39,498 bases of DNA from Candidatus Eiseniibacteriota bacterium (GTDB taxonomy: Bacteria > Eisenbacteria > RBG-16-71-46), in the NCBI GenBank assembly GCA_031364845.1, contig JANLWX010000097.1, positions 1 to 39,498 on the forward strand, read 5' to 3'. The translations under genes were made by a program, and so were the position numbers. The notes under the pieces were generated by a model. It was not told where the DNA came from and did not search any database. It saw nothing but the letters and a program-made list of their open reading frames with translations. Shown here one piece after another: positions 29,032 through 38,077 of the stretch. Position 1 is the stretch's first letter, and each line of letters starts with the position of its first letter.

Positions 29032-30426
29032 ATGACCGAGACGTCTTTCGACCTGATCGTGATCGGCGCCGGGCCCGGCGGCTACGTCGCCGCGATCCGC
29101 GCCGCCCAACTCGGGATGAAGACCGCGTGCGTCGAGAAGTATCCGTCGCTCGGCGGCACGTGCCTCAACGTCGGATGTATTCCGAGCAAGGCGCTGCTCG
29201 ACTCGAGCGAGCACTTCGCGCATGCGCGCCATGGCCTCTCGGCCCACGGCGTGAAGGCGACGGTCGAGCTCGATCTCCCCAAGATGATGTCACGCAAGGA
29301 CGCGGTCGTGCGCCAGTTGACGCGCGGTGTGGGGAGCCTGTTCCAGAAGAACGGCGTGACCCGGCTCGAAGGCACGGGGCGCATCGTGGCACCGGGGCAG
29401 GTCGAGGTCACGGGCCCCGCGGGCACGCAGGTTCACACCACCGCGCGCATCCTGATCGCCACCGGCAGCAAGCCCGTGGCACTGCCCGGCATCGCGTTCG
29501 ACGACCGGCGCATCGTGCACGCGACACAAGCGCTGGCGCTGCCCGAAGTGCCGAAGCGCTTGGGCGTGATCGGTGCGGGAGCGATTGGTCTCGAACTGGG
29601 ATCGGTATGGCTCAGGCTCGGCTCCGAGGTGACGGTGCTCGAGTTCATGGACCGTATCGTTCCCGGAATGGACCGCGAGAGCGGCGCGATTCTCAAGAAG
29701 TCGCTCGAGCGCCAGGGCATGAAGTTCTCGTTCGGTGCTGCGGCGAAAGCGGCGCGGGTGGACGGCGACGTCGTGCGTGTCACCGTGGCCCAGGGCGAGA
29801 GCACGAGCGAGTTCGAATGCGACGTGCTGCTGGTCGCCGTCGGCCGGCGTCCGTATTCCGAAGGACTCGGGGCCAGGGAAGCGGGCGTGGCGTTCGATGC
29901 GCGCGGGCGCATCACCGTCGATGGCGAATACCGCACCAACGTCCCCGGCATCTGGGCGATCGGCGATGTGATTCCGGGCCCGATGCTCGCGCACAAGGCG
30001 GAGGAGGAGGGCATCGCCGCCGTCGAGCGCATGGCCGGAGTTGCGGGGCACGTGGCCTACGAGTGCGTCCCCAACATCGTCTACACGTGGCCCGAACTCG
30101 CGAGCGTCGGCATGACCGAGGACGAGGCGCGCGAACGCGGCGAGATCGCGGTCGGCAAGTTTCCGTTCCTCGCGAACGGCCGCGCCAAGGCGATGGACGA
30201 GAAGGAAGGCCAGGTCAAGATCGTGGCCGACGCGAAGACCGACCGAATCCTCGGCGCCCACATCGTGGGCCCGCGCGCGAGCGACATGATCGCCGAACTG
30301 GCGGTCGCGATGGAGTTCGGCGCGAGCGCCGAAGACATCGCGCGCTCGGTGCATGCGCATCCGACGCTGGCCGAGGCGGTGAAAGAAGCGTCACTCGCCG
30401 TCGGCAAGCGCGCGATTCACATCTGA
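29032..30426 (+). CDS. lpdA: Dihydrolipoamide dehydrogenase E3
   Basis: GAGPGGY, GGTCLNVGCIPSK, GAGAIGLE, MLAHKA, HAHPTLAE. Confidence 0.98.
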   Translation: MTETSFDLIVIGAGPGGYVAAIRAAQLGMKTACVEKYPSLGGTCLNVGCIPSKALLDSSEHFAHARHGLSAHGVKATVELDLPKMMSRKDAVVRQLTRGVGSLFQKNGVTRLEGTGRIVAPGQVEVTGPAGTQVHTTARILIATGSKPVALPGIAFDDRRIVHATQALALPEVPKRLGVIGAGAIGLELGSVWLRLGSEVTVLEFMDRIVPGMDRESGAILKKSLERQGMKFSFGAAAKAARVDGDVVRVTVAQGESTSEFECDVLLVAVGRRPYSEGLGAREAGVAFDARGRITVDGEYRTNVPGIWAIGDVIPGPMLAHKAEEEGIAAVERMAGVAGHVAYECVPNIVYTWPELASVGMTEDEARERGEIAVGKFPFLANGRAKAMDEKEGQVKIVADAKTDRILGAHIVGPRASDMIAELAVAMEFGASAEDIARSVHAHPTLAEAVKEASLAVGKRAIHI

Positions 30427-30529
30427 AAGCTTCCGCCGAGGAGATTAACTACCGCGACGATGGTTCGAAACCATTGGTCCATCCGCGATGAGAAACTCCA
30501 CCGCCCTGAAGGGGTTGGCAGGCGGGCGC

Positions 30530-30558
30530 TTGACGTGCCGGGCGGGTTCGTAAAGAAT
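30530..30558 (+). promoter_or_regulatory. Candidate sigma70 promoter, possibly yielding a leaderless mRNA starting at ATG 30566
   Basis: TTGACG-N17-AAGAAT; the ATG at 30566 lies 7 nt after the -10 and has no SD sequence. Confidence 0.45.
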
Positions 30559-30565
30559 GGCATCC

Positions 30566-30961
30566 ATGGACGCGCTGCGCTTTACCGGGGCTGTTTTGAT
30601 GCTGATGACATGGCTGGTGCCGGGAATAGTGGTACAGGGACTTGTGGCGCATGTGGCCATCGAGCACTCCGAGCACCCACATTCCGGTCCGGATTTGTCC
30701 GGCCCACATGCCCTTGGGGATCATTCACAGCACGATGGCGATGGCGCACACAATCGAGAGCATCACCGGGGGATCTCAAATCTCCTGCAGCCCGTCGCCC
30801 ACGTAGCCGCATCCTTTGTCGACGCCCCTCTGCCCGTCATGCTCCCCCTTGAACATCTCGCTTCCGCGGGATCGTCCAAGCCGCAGATGCGGCTGCCCGT
30901 GTCCATTGCTCGGGCTGGACCTCAGAACCTCTCCCCACATCACCACGTCCTGCTGATCTGA
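30566..30961 (+). CDS. Small His-rich exported/membrane protein with C-terminal RAGP motif (putative leader/arrest peptide)
   Basis: Hydrophobic N-terminus, 15 His, RAGP at 30911-30922, ends HHHVLLI. It is the first gene of the metal cluster. Start 30557 or 30566. Confidence 0.6.
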   Translation: MDALRFTGAVLMLMTWLVPGIVVQGLVAHVAIEHSEHPHSGPDLSGPHALGDHSQHDGDGAHNREHHRGISNLLQPVAHVAASFVDAPLPVMLPLEHLASAGSSKPQMRLPVSIARAGPQNLSPHHHVLLI

Positions 30962-31181
30962 TCGAGCGTTCCCGGTGTGATGCACACCGCCGGGTTTGAT
31001 GGCGTTTCTGTTGTTCGTCGCCATCTCGATTGGGGACTCCATGCTGCGCCCCCGCCCCACTGACTTACCACTTTGCTCATGCGTTTGCCTGCTCTGTTTC
31101 GTTCGCTCCAGCGGTAACCAGCATTGGGAGTTCGCGCGGCTCGTGCCGACGGCAAGCCTTCCGAAAGGACGGTGATCAGCC

Positions 31182-31916
31182 ATGTCCACTAGCAACCGAT
31201 TTCAACCAGGAACGTTGCTGCCTTTCCTGTTCATGATGGTCGCGATCCTCGTGGTCATCGGTGCTCCAAGGGAAGTCCTCGCTCACGGGGTTGCCGGGGG
31301 TGACAAGGGGTACATCCAGGAGAGCTCGGGCGTTCTCGTGGTTCCGTTCGCGTATCTGGGCGCCAAGCACATGGTGACGGGATACGACCATCTATTGTTC
31401 CTGCTCGGCGTCATTTTCTTTCTGTATCGCCTGAAGGACGTCGGAATTTACGTCACGCTTTTCGCAGTCGGGCACTCGGTGACTTTGCTCTTCGGGGTAC
31501 TCACGGGCGTTCGAGTGAGTGCATATCTGATTGACGCGATCATTGGCTTGTCAGTTGTCTACAAAGCGCTCGACAACCTCGGCGCGTTTAGAGCCTGGTT
31601 CGGACTTCAACCCAACGCTAAGGCGGCAACGTTGATCTTCGGCCTGTTCCATGGTTTTGGACTGGCCACGAAGATCCTAGAATTCAAAATGTCACCTCAC
31701 GGCCTGATACCGAACTTACTGGCCTTCAATGTAGGGGTGGAGATCGGCCAGCTCCTGGCACTGAGCACGATCCTCATCTTCATGGGCTACTGGCGCCGTT
31801 CGGCCAGTTTCACTCGCAACGCCGACGGGGCGAACGTTGTGCTCATGACAGCCGGATTCGTCTTGATGGGATATCAACTCACAGGTTACTTCCTGACCCG
31901 CGCCGCAATGAGGTGA
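31182..31916 (+). CDS. HupE/UreJ family (HupE_UreJ_2-like) metal permease
   Basis: Signal ending VLA-HG; GAKHMVTGYDHLLFL, GHSVTL, FGLFHGFG, FNVGVEIGQ. Confidence 0.88.
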   Translation: MSTSNRFQPGTLLPFLFMMVAILVVIGAPREVLAHGVAGGDKGYIQESSGVLVVPFAYLGAKHMVTGYDHLLFLLGVIFFLYRLKDVGIYVTLFAVGHSVTLLFGVLTGVRVSAYLIDAIIGLSVVYKALDNLGAFRAWFGLQPNAKAATLIFGLFHGFGLATKILEFKMSPHGLIPNLLAFNVGVEIGQLLALSTILIFMGYWRRSASFTRNADGANVVLMTAGFVLMGYQLTGYFLTRAAMR

Positions 31917-31920
31917 CTCG

Positions 31921-32547
31921 ATGCCCGAACCGAACGCCGTACCACCCGGCGCCGTCCCGTCGGCCCGCGCACTACTTCGCTCGACCACCATCGCTGCGGC
32001 CTCGGCGGTCGTCCTGCTTCTGACTGTAGTGCTGCCCGCTGAGTTTGGAGTCGATGTGACTCGCGTGGGGAGACTGCTTGGCTTGACGCCGATGGGCGAA
32101 ATCAAGATGGCACTGGCACGGGAAGCAAAGGCCCATGGAGCCGGGGCCTCACCGCAAGCAGTTCCGCCCGTTGCTGCCGTCGAAGAGATCAGTTCACAAG
32201 CGACCCCCGCCGACTCGGTCCAAAGGTCCGATCGCACGACGATCACTCTGAGCCCGAATCAGGGTAGGGAGATCAAATTAATCATGCGAAGCGGTGCGCG
32301 GGCGACATATGCCTGGTCAACGGGAAGTGGCCTGGTGAATTTCAATACGCACGGCGAACCGTACAATGCGCCGAGCGATTTCTACCATAGCTACGGAAAG
32401 GGCGCCGGTGTGACATCTGACCGCGGCGCCTTGGTAGCCGCCTTCGACGGTCTGCATGGATGGTTCTGGCGCAACGTCAGCAGTAGCGATGTAACCGTGA
32501 CGCTCGAGACCAGTGGTGAATATCAGGACATTCGGATCATTGAATGA
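31921..32547 (+). CDS. Conserved transmembrane-anchored protein associated with HupE/UreJ genes
   Basis: Single TM, then LPAEFGVD..GRLLGLT and conserved-looking His motifs FNTHGE and AFDGLHGWFWRN. Starts 4 nt after hupE. Confidence 0.75.
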   Translation: MPEPNAVPPGAVPSARALLRSTTIAAASAVVLLLTVVLPAEFGVDVTRVGRLLGLTPMGEIKMALAREAKAHGAGASPQAVPPVAAVEEISSQATPADSVQRSDRTTITLSPNQGREIKLIMRSGARATYAWSTGSGLVNFNTHGEPYNAPSDFYHSYGKGAGVTSDRGALVAAFDGLHGWFWRNVSSSDVTVTLETSGEYQDIRIIE

Positions 32548-32613
32548 ACCGATCATGAGTCGTACCCGCACCGATGTGGATCCGCGCCACCCACCCTTCC
32601 CACGGAGATAGGT

Positions 32614-33183
32614 ATGAACCTTGCTCGTCGATTCCACCCTTTTGCCACAGTTTCCGCGGCGCTGGCGGCAGTCGTGCTCGGGACTGCGGTCTCACTCGCC
32701 CATGATCCGGAGCAGCACGCCATGCGAGCCCAACCGGCGCAATGGTCCAAGCAACTGGACGCACGCTTCCTCGAGAATGCGATGGATCGCCACGCCATGG
32801 TCGCGCGAATGGGCAAACTCGCTCGCAAGCGTTCGGTCCACGCCGAATTGCGCGCCTGGGGCGATACGCTCGCCTTTACCTATGCAGCTGAGGTCAAGCG
32901 GATCGAGGGACTGCTCCTTCTGGGTTATGGCCGTAGCCATGTCCCGCTCGCCTTGAAGGTTCCGCATCCCCTCGAAAAACTCAAAGGCACGGCATTCGAA
33001 CAGGAATTCCTTCGCCAGATGCTCCTGAGTCATGGCGCCGCGCTGGCGGAAACGAAGGATTGCCGCAGCCTGGCCGCGGACACCCGTTTACACAAGCTGT
33101 GCGGCGATTTCGTGGAGTCGCAACAGCGCGAGATCACCACAATGGGTAACTGGTTGTGTCAGTGGTATCAGAAGTGTGAGTAG
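32614..33183 (+). CDS. DUF305/CopM-like periplasmic four-helix protein
   Basis: Signal peptide and two half-repeats D.RFL..M..H..M..LA..EV..I and E.EFL..M..H..A...Q..EI..M..WL. Confidence 0.7.
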   Translation: MNLARRFHPFATVSAALAAVVLGTAVSLAHDPEQHAMRAQPAQWSKQLDARFLENAMDRHAMVARMGKLARKRSVHAELRAWGDTLAFTYAAEVKRIEGLLLLGYGRSHVPLALKVPHPLEKLKGTAFEQEFLRQMLLSHGAALAETKDCRSLAADTRLHKLCGDFVESQQREITTMGNWLCQWYQKCE

Positions 33184-33506
33184 TGCTGGAAGTAGTAGAC
33201 CGTGGTTGGGTCAGGGCGGCCGATTGCGAGTGACAGAAGCGGATCGAAATCAAGATGCCCAGCAGCGGGAGCACCGCGACACTCCTTCTGCGAAGCCTCC
33301 GCCACCATCTCGGCTCAGTTCATGAATGTCGGACACACTGAGGTTCGATCGGAGATGTCATGATGCTTTTGTTTTGCGCTGTTCGGCCATGCCGGTTCCA
33401 ACACAGCTTCGTCTTCGCTCGTGATTGCGCCGTTGCTTGTCGGCGTTCGTTCATGCGTCGCGGAGAACACGTTTCCGCCAGTGTCTTCTCGAACTGGGGC
33501 GACGCA

Positions 33507-34673
33507 GTGAAAGTCGCTGACCGAACGTATCTGATGCCGGCCATGATTTGTTCACTGCTCATCTTCTCTTCGCTCAGTTGCACCAAACAGAGTAGTGAAG
33601 CCACCGGACCACCGGCAGCCGACTCTGGGATCGTCGTGTTGTCAGCAGAACAGGTGACTCGCGCCGGGATGACCACGGCGGTCGCCGAGACGCGAAAGGC
33701 TTCGGACACCCTGCGGCTCCCCGGCAAGCTCGAGGTTGATCCTCGGCGATCATGGCGTGTGTCCCCGGTCGTTGATGGTGTCGTTGAAGGGGTCGGGGCA
33801 ATGGCTCATGACGTGGTTGGCAAGGGGCAGGTGCTCGCGCGACTGCGGAGCAACGCATTGGGGGAGATGCAGGTCGCCTGGTTGGAGGCTCGCGGAGAGC
33901 TGCGTCTCGCGAGTGCCGATCGGGAGCGCAACCTCGCACTTCGAAAAGATGGGGTGGTCTCCGAAAGCCAGTGGCTTCGAGTGGACACCGAATTTCTGCG
34001 CGCTCAGGGTGTGTTGGCGCAGGCCGATCGCAAGCTGTCTCTCGCTGGCATGTCGCCCCGGCAAATCGAGGCGCTCGAATCAACAGATCGCCGACTCGGT
34101 GAAATGACGCTCACCAGCCCCGCCAACGGCGTGGTCCTGGCTTCGACCGTTTCGCGTGGTCAAGCGCTCGGCTCCGGGGAGGATGCCTTCGAAATTGCCG
34201 ACCTCTCGATTCTATGGGTCACTGTTCATATCCCAGTTGCTAGCCTGGGTCAGGTAAGACCAGGGGCCAGAGTATCGGTTCGCGTCTCAGGAAGTCCGAG
34301 CGAGGCATGGGAAGGCAAGTTGGGATCCTTGGGTGGCAAGGTGGACGCCGCCGGCCAGACTGTGGAGGGGCGCGTTGTCGTTACGAATCGTGGAAGTCTG
34401 CTGCGGCCCGGCATGTTTGCCGAAGTAGAGGTAGCAGGTACCCCTGTTGAAGCGCTCATGGTTCCGTCTGAAGGGTTGTTCAGCGTAGGGAATCAGGCAT
34501 ACGTGTTCGAAAAACTGGGGGACACACGATTCAGGCCCCTGGCCGTGACCGCAGGACCGCCCTTGAAAGACTGGACCCCTATTAGCGGGCCGGGCCTGGA
34601 GGTCGGCGTCGAAGTCGTGATCCGCGGCCTCGCTGAGCTCAAGTCACACTGGCTCTACAACAGGGGCGAGTAG
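33507..34673 (+). CDS. Heavy-metal RND efflux periplasmic adaptor (CzcB/CusB family), probable lipoprotein
   Basis: Lipobox-like LSC; lipoyl half-motifs V..GQVLARL and SPANGVV..G; IADLS.LWV; LRPGMF. Start uncertain (33507 or 33534). Confidence 0.85.
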   Translation: MKVADRTYLMPAMICSLLIFSSLSCTKQSSEATGPPAADSGIVVLSAEQVTRAGMTTAVAETRKASDTLRLPGKLEVDPRRSWRVSPVVDGVVEGVGAMAHDVVGKGQVLARLRSNALGEMQVAWLEARGELRLASADRERNLALRKDGVVSESQWLRVDTEFLRAQGVLAQADRKLSLAGMSPRQIEALESTDRRLGEMTLTSPANGVVLASTVSRGQALGSGEDAFEIADLSILWVTVHIPVASLGQVRPGARVSVRVSGSPSEAWEGKLGSLGGKVDAAGQTVEGRVVVTNRGSLLRPGMFAEVEVAGTPVEALMVPSEGLFSVGNQAYVFEKLGDTRFRPLAVTAGPPLKDWTPISGPGLEVGVEVVIRGLAELKSHWLYNRGE

Positions 34674-37600
34674 ATGATCACATCCCTGATTCGAGCGGCG
34701 CTCGTCCAGCGTGTCATGGTGATGGCGGCTGTGGTGGCCCTCCTCGTTGGAGGAGTCTGGGCGTTCCAAGGCCTGGCCATCGATGCGTTCCCCGTCATCT
34801 CAGCGACGCAGGTGCAGATTGTCGTGAAGGCCGCCGGCATGTCTCCCACGGAGGTCGAACAGCGTATCACCATGCCCATCGAGCGGGAGATGCAGGGGAT
34901 TCCCAACCAAACGGTGCTTCGTTCCACTACCAAGTTTGCGATCACGAACATCATCATGGATTTCGAAGATGGAACCGACATTTATTGGGCGCGAGGACAG
35001 GTGACCGAGCGTCTCAACGCACTCTGGGGCGATCTTCCCGACGGAGTAGTAGGAGGGCTTGGTCCGATCACGAGCCCGCTCGGCGAAATGTATATCTATC
35101 GAGTCGAAGGTGAGGGCTATACCAAGGAAGAGTTGCGGACTCTGCAAGACTGGGTGATTCGACCAAGGCTGCGAACCGTGGATGGCGTAGCCGACGTGAA
35201 CTCCTCAGGTGGACGCGTGCGCGCCTACGAGGTCGTGGCTGACCCTGAGCGCCTAATGGCCCACGGGCTGGGACTTCAAGACCTGGAAGATGCGCTAGGT
35301 CGCAACAACCGAAACGCAGGCGGCGGCCGTATCGATCGGAACAACGAGATGATTCTCGTTCGAACTGCTGGCAACCTTGCAGGGCTCGAGGACATCAAGA
35401 ACGTGACGGTGGCGACCCGCGACGGCGTACCCGTCCTGGTGCAGAACGTGGCCACCGTGCGCGTCGGTGCGCTCACTCCGAACGGAGGCGTGACCGCGGA
35501 TGGCGAGGGAGTCGTGGTTGCCGGCATCGCGCTGTTGCGAAAAGGTGCAAATACCCGAGCGGCGGTCGACGGTGTCAAGCGTGAGGTCGAGAAGTTGGCT
35601 TCGGTGCTGCCGAAGGGCGTCCGTATCGTCCCGGTTTATGACCGTACTGAGCTGATCGAGTCGGCAATCGGGACGGTCGAGAAAGCGCTGGTAGAGGCCG
35701 TCGTCCTCGTGCTCATCGTGCTCGTCATCATGCTCGGCAACGTGCGCGCGGCACTCATCACGGCGCTCATCCTCCCGTTGTCGGTGATGTCCACCTTTAT
35801 TCTCATGAGAGTGTTCGGGGTGACCGCCAATCTGATGTCGCTCGGCGGGCTGGCCATCGCAATTGGCATACTCGTCGACGCCGCGGTGGTCATCGTTGAA
35901 AATGTTCAGACACAACTTGCACGAGCGCCGAAGAACGTTGACCGGCTACACGTGGTCTTCCGGGCAACTACGGAGGTCGCTGGCCCGGTCGTGTCGGGCA
36001 TTCTCATCATCATAATGGTCTTTCTTCCTCTGTTCAGCCTGACCGGGCTGGAAGGCAAAATGTTCCTTCCCCTCGCGCTGACAATTTGCTTTGCCCTCGC
36101 CGCATCACTGGTTCTGTCGCTGACGGTGATTCCCGTACTGGCGAGCATGCTGATGCGAGGAGGAGGCGAGGAGCACGGCCGAGTGCAGCGATTCCTAACG
36201 GCGGCCTATCAGCCGGTGGTCGAGTGGGCGCTCCGGCGCCGTGCCATTGCTGTAGGTTGGGGGGTCCTGGGACTTCTGTTGGCAGGCCTGCTGTTCACTC
36301 GAATTGGCGGTGAGTTCATGCCCACGTTGGACGAGGGTTCGACGATCCTGATCATCGAAAAGCTCCCTAGCGTTTCCTTGGATCACTCGCTCGAACTCGA
36401 CGCGCCCTATCAGAGGGCGATGATGGAGTTGCCCGAGGTGACCGGCGTGTTCTCCCGCACTGGCGTTGACGAGTTGGGAATGGACCCCATGGGTCTGTAC
36501 CAGACGGACAACTTCGTCATCACCCGTCCACGCTCCGAGTGGTCGATCACCCCCGCGCAGTTCCAGGAAAATCTTCGTAAGAAGATGGAGGAGTTCGTCG
36601 GTATCGTGTTTGCATTCACGCAGCCCATCGACATGCGCGTCTCGGAGATGCTTACCGGCGTGCGAGCAGCGATGTCCATCAGGCTGTTCGGCGACGACCT
36701 TGCCGTGCTGGAAGAAAAAGCCAAGGCAATCGAGGGAATGCTGGGAAGAGTCGATGGTGCCGTGGACATTTTTCGCGGACAGATCTTTGGACAATCTTAC
36801 CTCCAGATCGATGTTCGTCACGAGGCGATCGCGCGCTTCGGGCTCAGCACTGAGGACATCAATCGGCTCGTAGAAACCGCCGTCGCGGGTCGAACCGTCA
36901 CGATGGTGCTCGAGAACGAGCGGCAGGTCAGCGTATTGCTTCGTTATCCAGAGGACGCCCGTGACACACCTCGAGCGGTCGCCGCCCTGCTCGTCACGAC
37001 GCCTACGGGCGATCGAGTCCCGCTGGCCGCTATCGCTAACATCCAAGAAGTCGACGGCCCAGTGCAGATCACGCGCGAATCGGCGCGGAGGTCCGTGATC
37101 GTGCAGGCGAATGTCGAGGGGCGCGACGTCGTAGGCTTCGTCGAGGAGGTCCGCAAACGCCTCGCCAAGGAGGTTGAGCTTCCTCAGGGGTATTACGTGA
37201 CGTTTGGCGGGCAATTTGAGAACCAGCAGCGAGCGGCTGCTCGACTTGGGATCGTGGTTCCCCTTTCCATCGCCTTGATTTTCCTGATGCTGTTTACCAC
37301 CTTCCGATCCGTCCGTCAGGCCGGCCTCATTCTGTTGAACGTGCCTTTCGGACTCATTGGCGGCGTGATCGCCCTGTCTATTTCCGGGCTGTACCTTTCG
37401 GTTCCCGCCTCGATTGGGTTCATCACGTTGTTCGGTGTCGCGGTGCTGAACGGCGTCGTGATGGTGACCTGCTTCAATCAGCTCCGTGCAGCGGGGCGTA
37501 GTCTCGGCGATGCGGTGCGGGAAGGGGCAGTACGGCGGCTCCGTCCGGTTCTGCTGACCGCGATGATCGCAAGTCTGGGCTTGGTTCCCATGCTGCTTGC

Positions 37601-37757
37601 CTCCGGTCCGGGGTCCGAGATCCAGCGCCCGCTCGCAGTTGTCGTCATCGGCGGCCTGGTGAGTTCGACATTGCTCACGCTTGTGTTGCTACCGACGCTG
37701 TACGCATGGCTCGAAGGGCGGGCGGAGCGCCGACTCGCCATCCGGAGTACTTCATGA
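34674..37757 (+). CDS. CusA/CzcA family heavy-metal efflux RND permease
   Basis: IDAFP, SPTEVEQRIT.PIE, NLMSLGGLAIAIGILVDAAVVIVEN, EGKMF.PLA, RLRPVLLTA, GSEIQRPLAVVVIGG. Confidence 0.96.
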   Translation: MITSLIRAALVQRVMVMAAVVALLVGGVWAFQGLAIDAFPVISATQVQIVVKAAGMSPTEVEQRITMPIEREMQGIPNQTVLRSTTKFAITNIIMDFEDGTDIYWARGQVTERLNALWGDLPDGVVGGLGPITSPLGEMYIYRVEGEGYTKEELRTLQDWVIRPRLRTVDGVADVNSSGGRVRAYEVVADPERLMAHGLGLQDLEDALGRNNRNAGGGRIDRNNEMILVRTAGNLAGLEDIKNVTVATRDGVPVLVQNVATVRVGALTPNGGVTADGEGVVVAGIALLRKGANTRAAVDGVKREVEKLASVLPKGVRIVPVYDRTELIESAIGTVEKALVEAVVLVLIVLVIMLGNVRAALITALILPLSVMSTFILMRVFGVTANLMSLGGLAIAIGILVDAAVVIVENVQTQLARAPKNVDRLHVVFRATTEVAGPVVSGILIIIMVFLPLFSLTGLEGKMFLPLALTICFALAASLVLSLTVIPVLASMLMRGGGEEHGRVQRFLTAAYQPVVEWALRRRAIAVGWGVLGLLLAGLLFTRIGGEFMPTLDEGSTILIIEKLPSVSLDHSLELDAPYQRAMMELPEVTGVFSRTGVDELGMDPMGLYQTDNFVITRPRSEWSITPAQFQENLRKKMEEFVGIVFAFTQPIDMRVSEMLTGVRAAMSIRLFGDDLAVLEEKAKAIEGMLGRVDGAVDIFRGQIFGQSYLQIDVRHEAIARFGLSTEDINRLVETAVAGRTVTMVLENERQVSVLLRYPEDARDTPRAVAALLVTTPTGDRVPLAAIANIQEVDGPVQITRESARRSVIVQANVEGRDVVGFVEEVRKRLAKEVELPQGYYVTFGGQFENQQRAAARLGIVVPLSIALIFLMLFTTFRSVRQAGLILLNVPFGLIGGVIALSISGLYLSVPASIGFITLFGVAVLNGVVMVTCFNQLRAAGRSLGDAVREGAVRRLRPVLLTAMIASLGLVPMLLASGPGSEIQRPLAVVVIGGLVSSTLLTLVLLPTLYAWLEGRAERRLAIRSTS

Positions 37758-38059
37758 AGGTTCTGACCCTGATCGTGAGTGCGAGCGTTCAGCAGGCTGT
37801 AACGGATCAGTTGCGAGCGCTCGAGGTATCAGGATTCACCGTGTCTGAGGTTGAGGGGCACGGCCCTCACACTGCACAGGATCAATTCCTTTCGGAGCGC
37901 GATCGCGTGGTGGGTTTCGTCCCGCGTGTGCGCGTCGACATCGTGCTTCAACCCGAACAACTGACCACCGTTCTCGATGCCCTCGTCGCACCGGGAACGG
38001 GTTTCGCGGGGCACGGTACGTTCTGGATAGTGCCCGTCGAAGACTTCGGCCGGTTCTAG
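37754..38059 (+). CDS. PII-like (DUF3240/GlnB-fold) small protein
   Basis: SGFTVSEVEGHG..LSERDRVVG..RVRVDIV..FWIVPVEDFG; ATGA overlap with the RND stop. Confidence 0.8.
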   Translation: MKVLTLIVSASVQQAVTDQLRALEVSGFTVSEVEGHGPHTAQDQFLSERDRVVGFVPRVRVDIVLQPEQLTTVLDALVAPGTGFAGHGTFWIVPVEDFGRF

Positions 38060-38077
38060 TTCACGCTCGGAGATCCC

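Noticed and set aside
30459..30475. T-arm-like hairpin GATGG-TTCGAAA-CCATT at the island boundary
   Set aside because: No acceptor, D or anticodon arms can be built around it, so it is not a tRNA. An att-site remnant cannot be supported without a second copy.
33184..33506. Possible small gene or RNA in the 320-nt gap before the RND adaptor
   Set aside because: The short frames on both strands lack a convincing RBS or motifs, and I recognised no structure.
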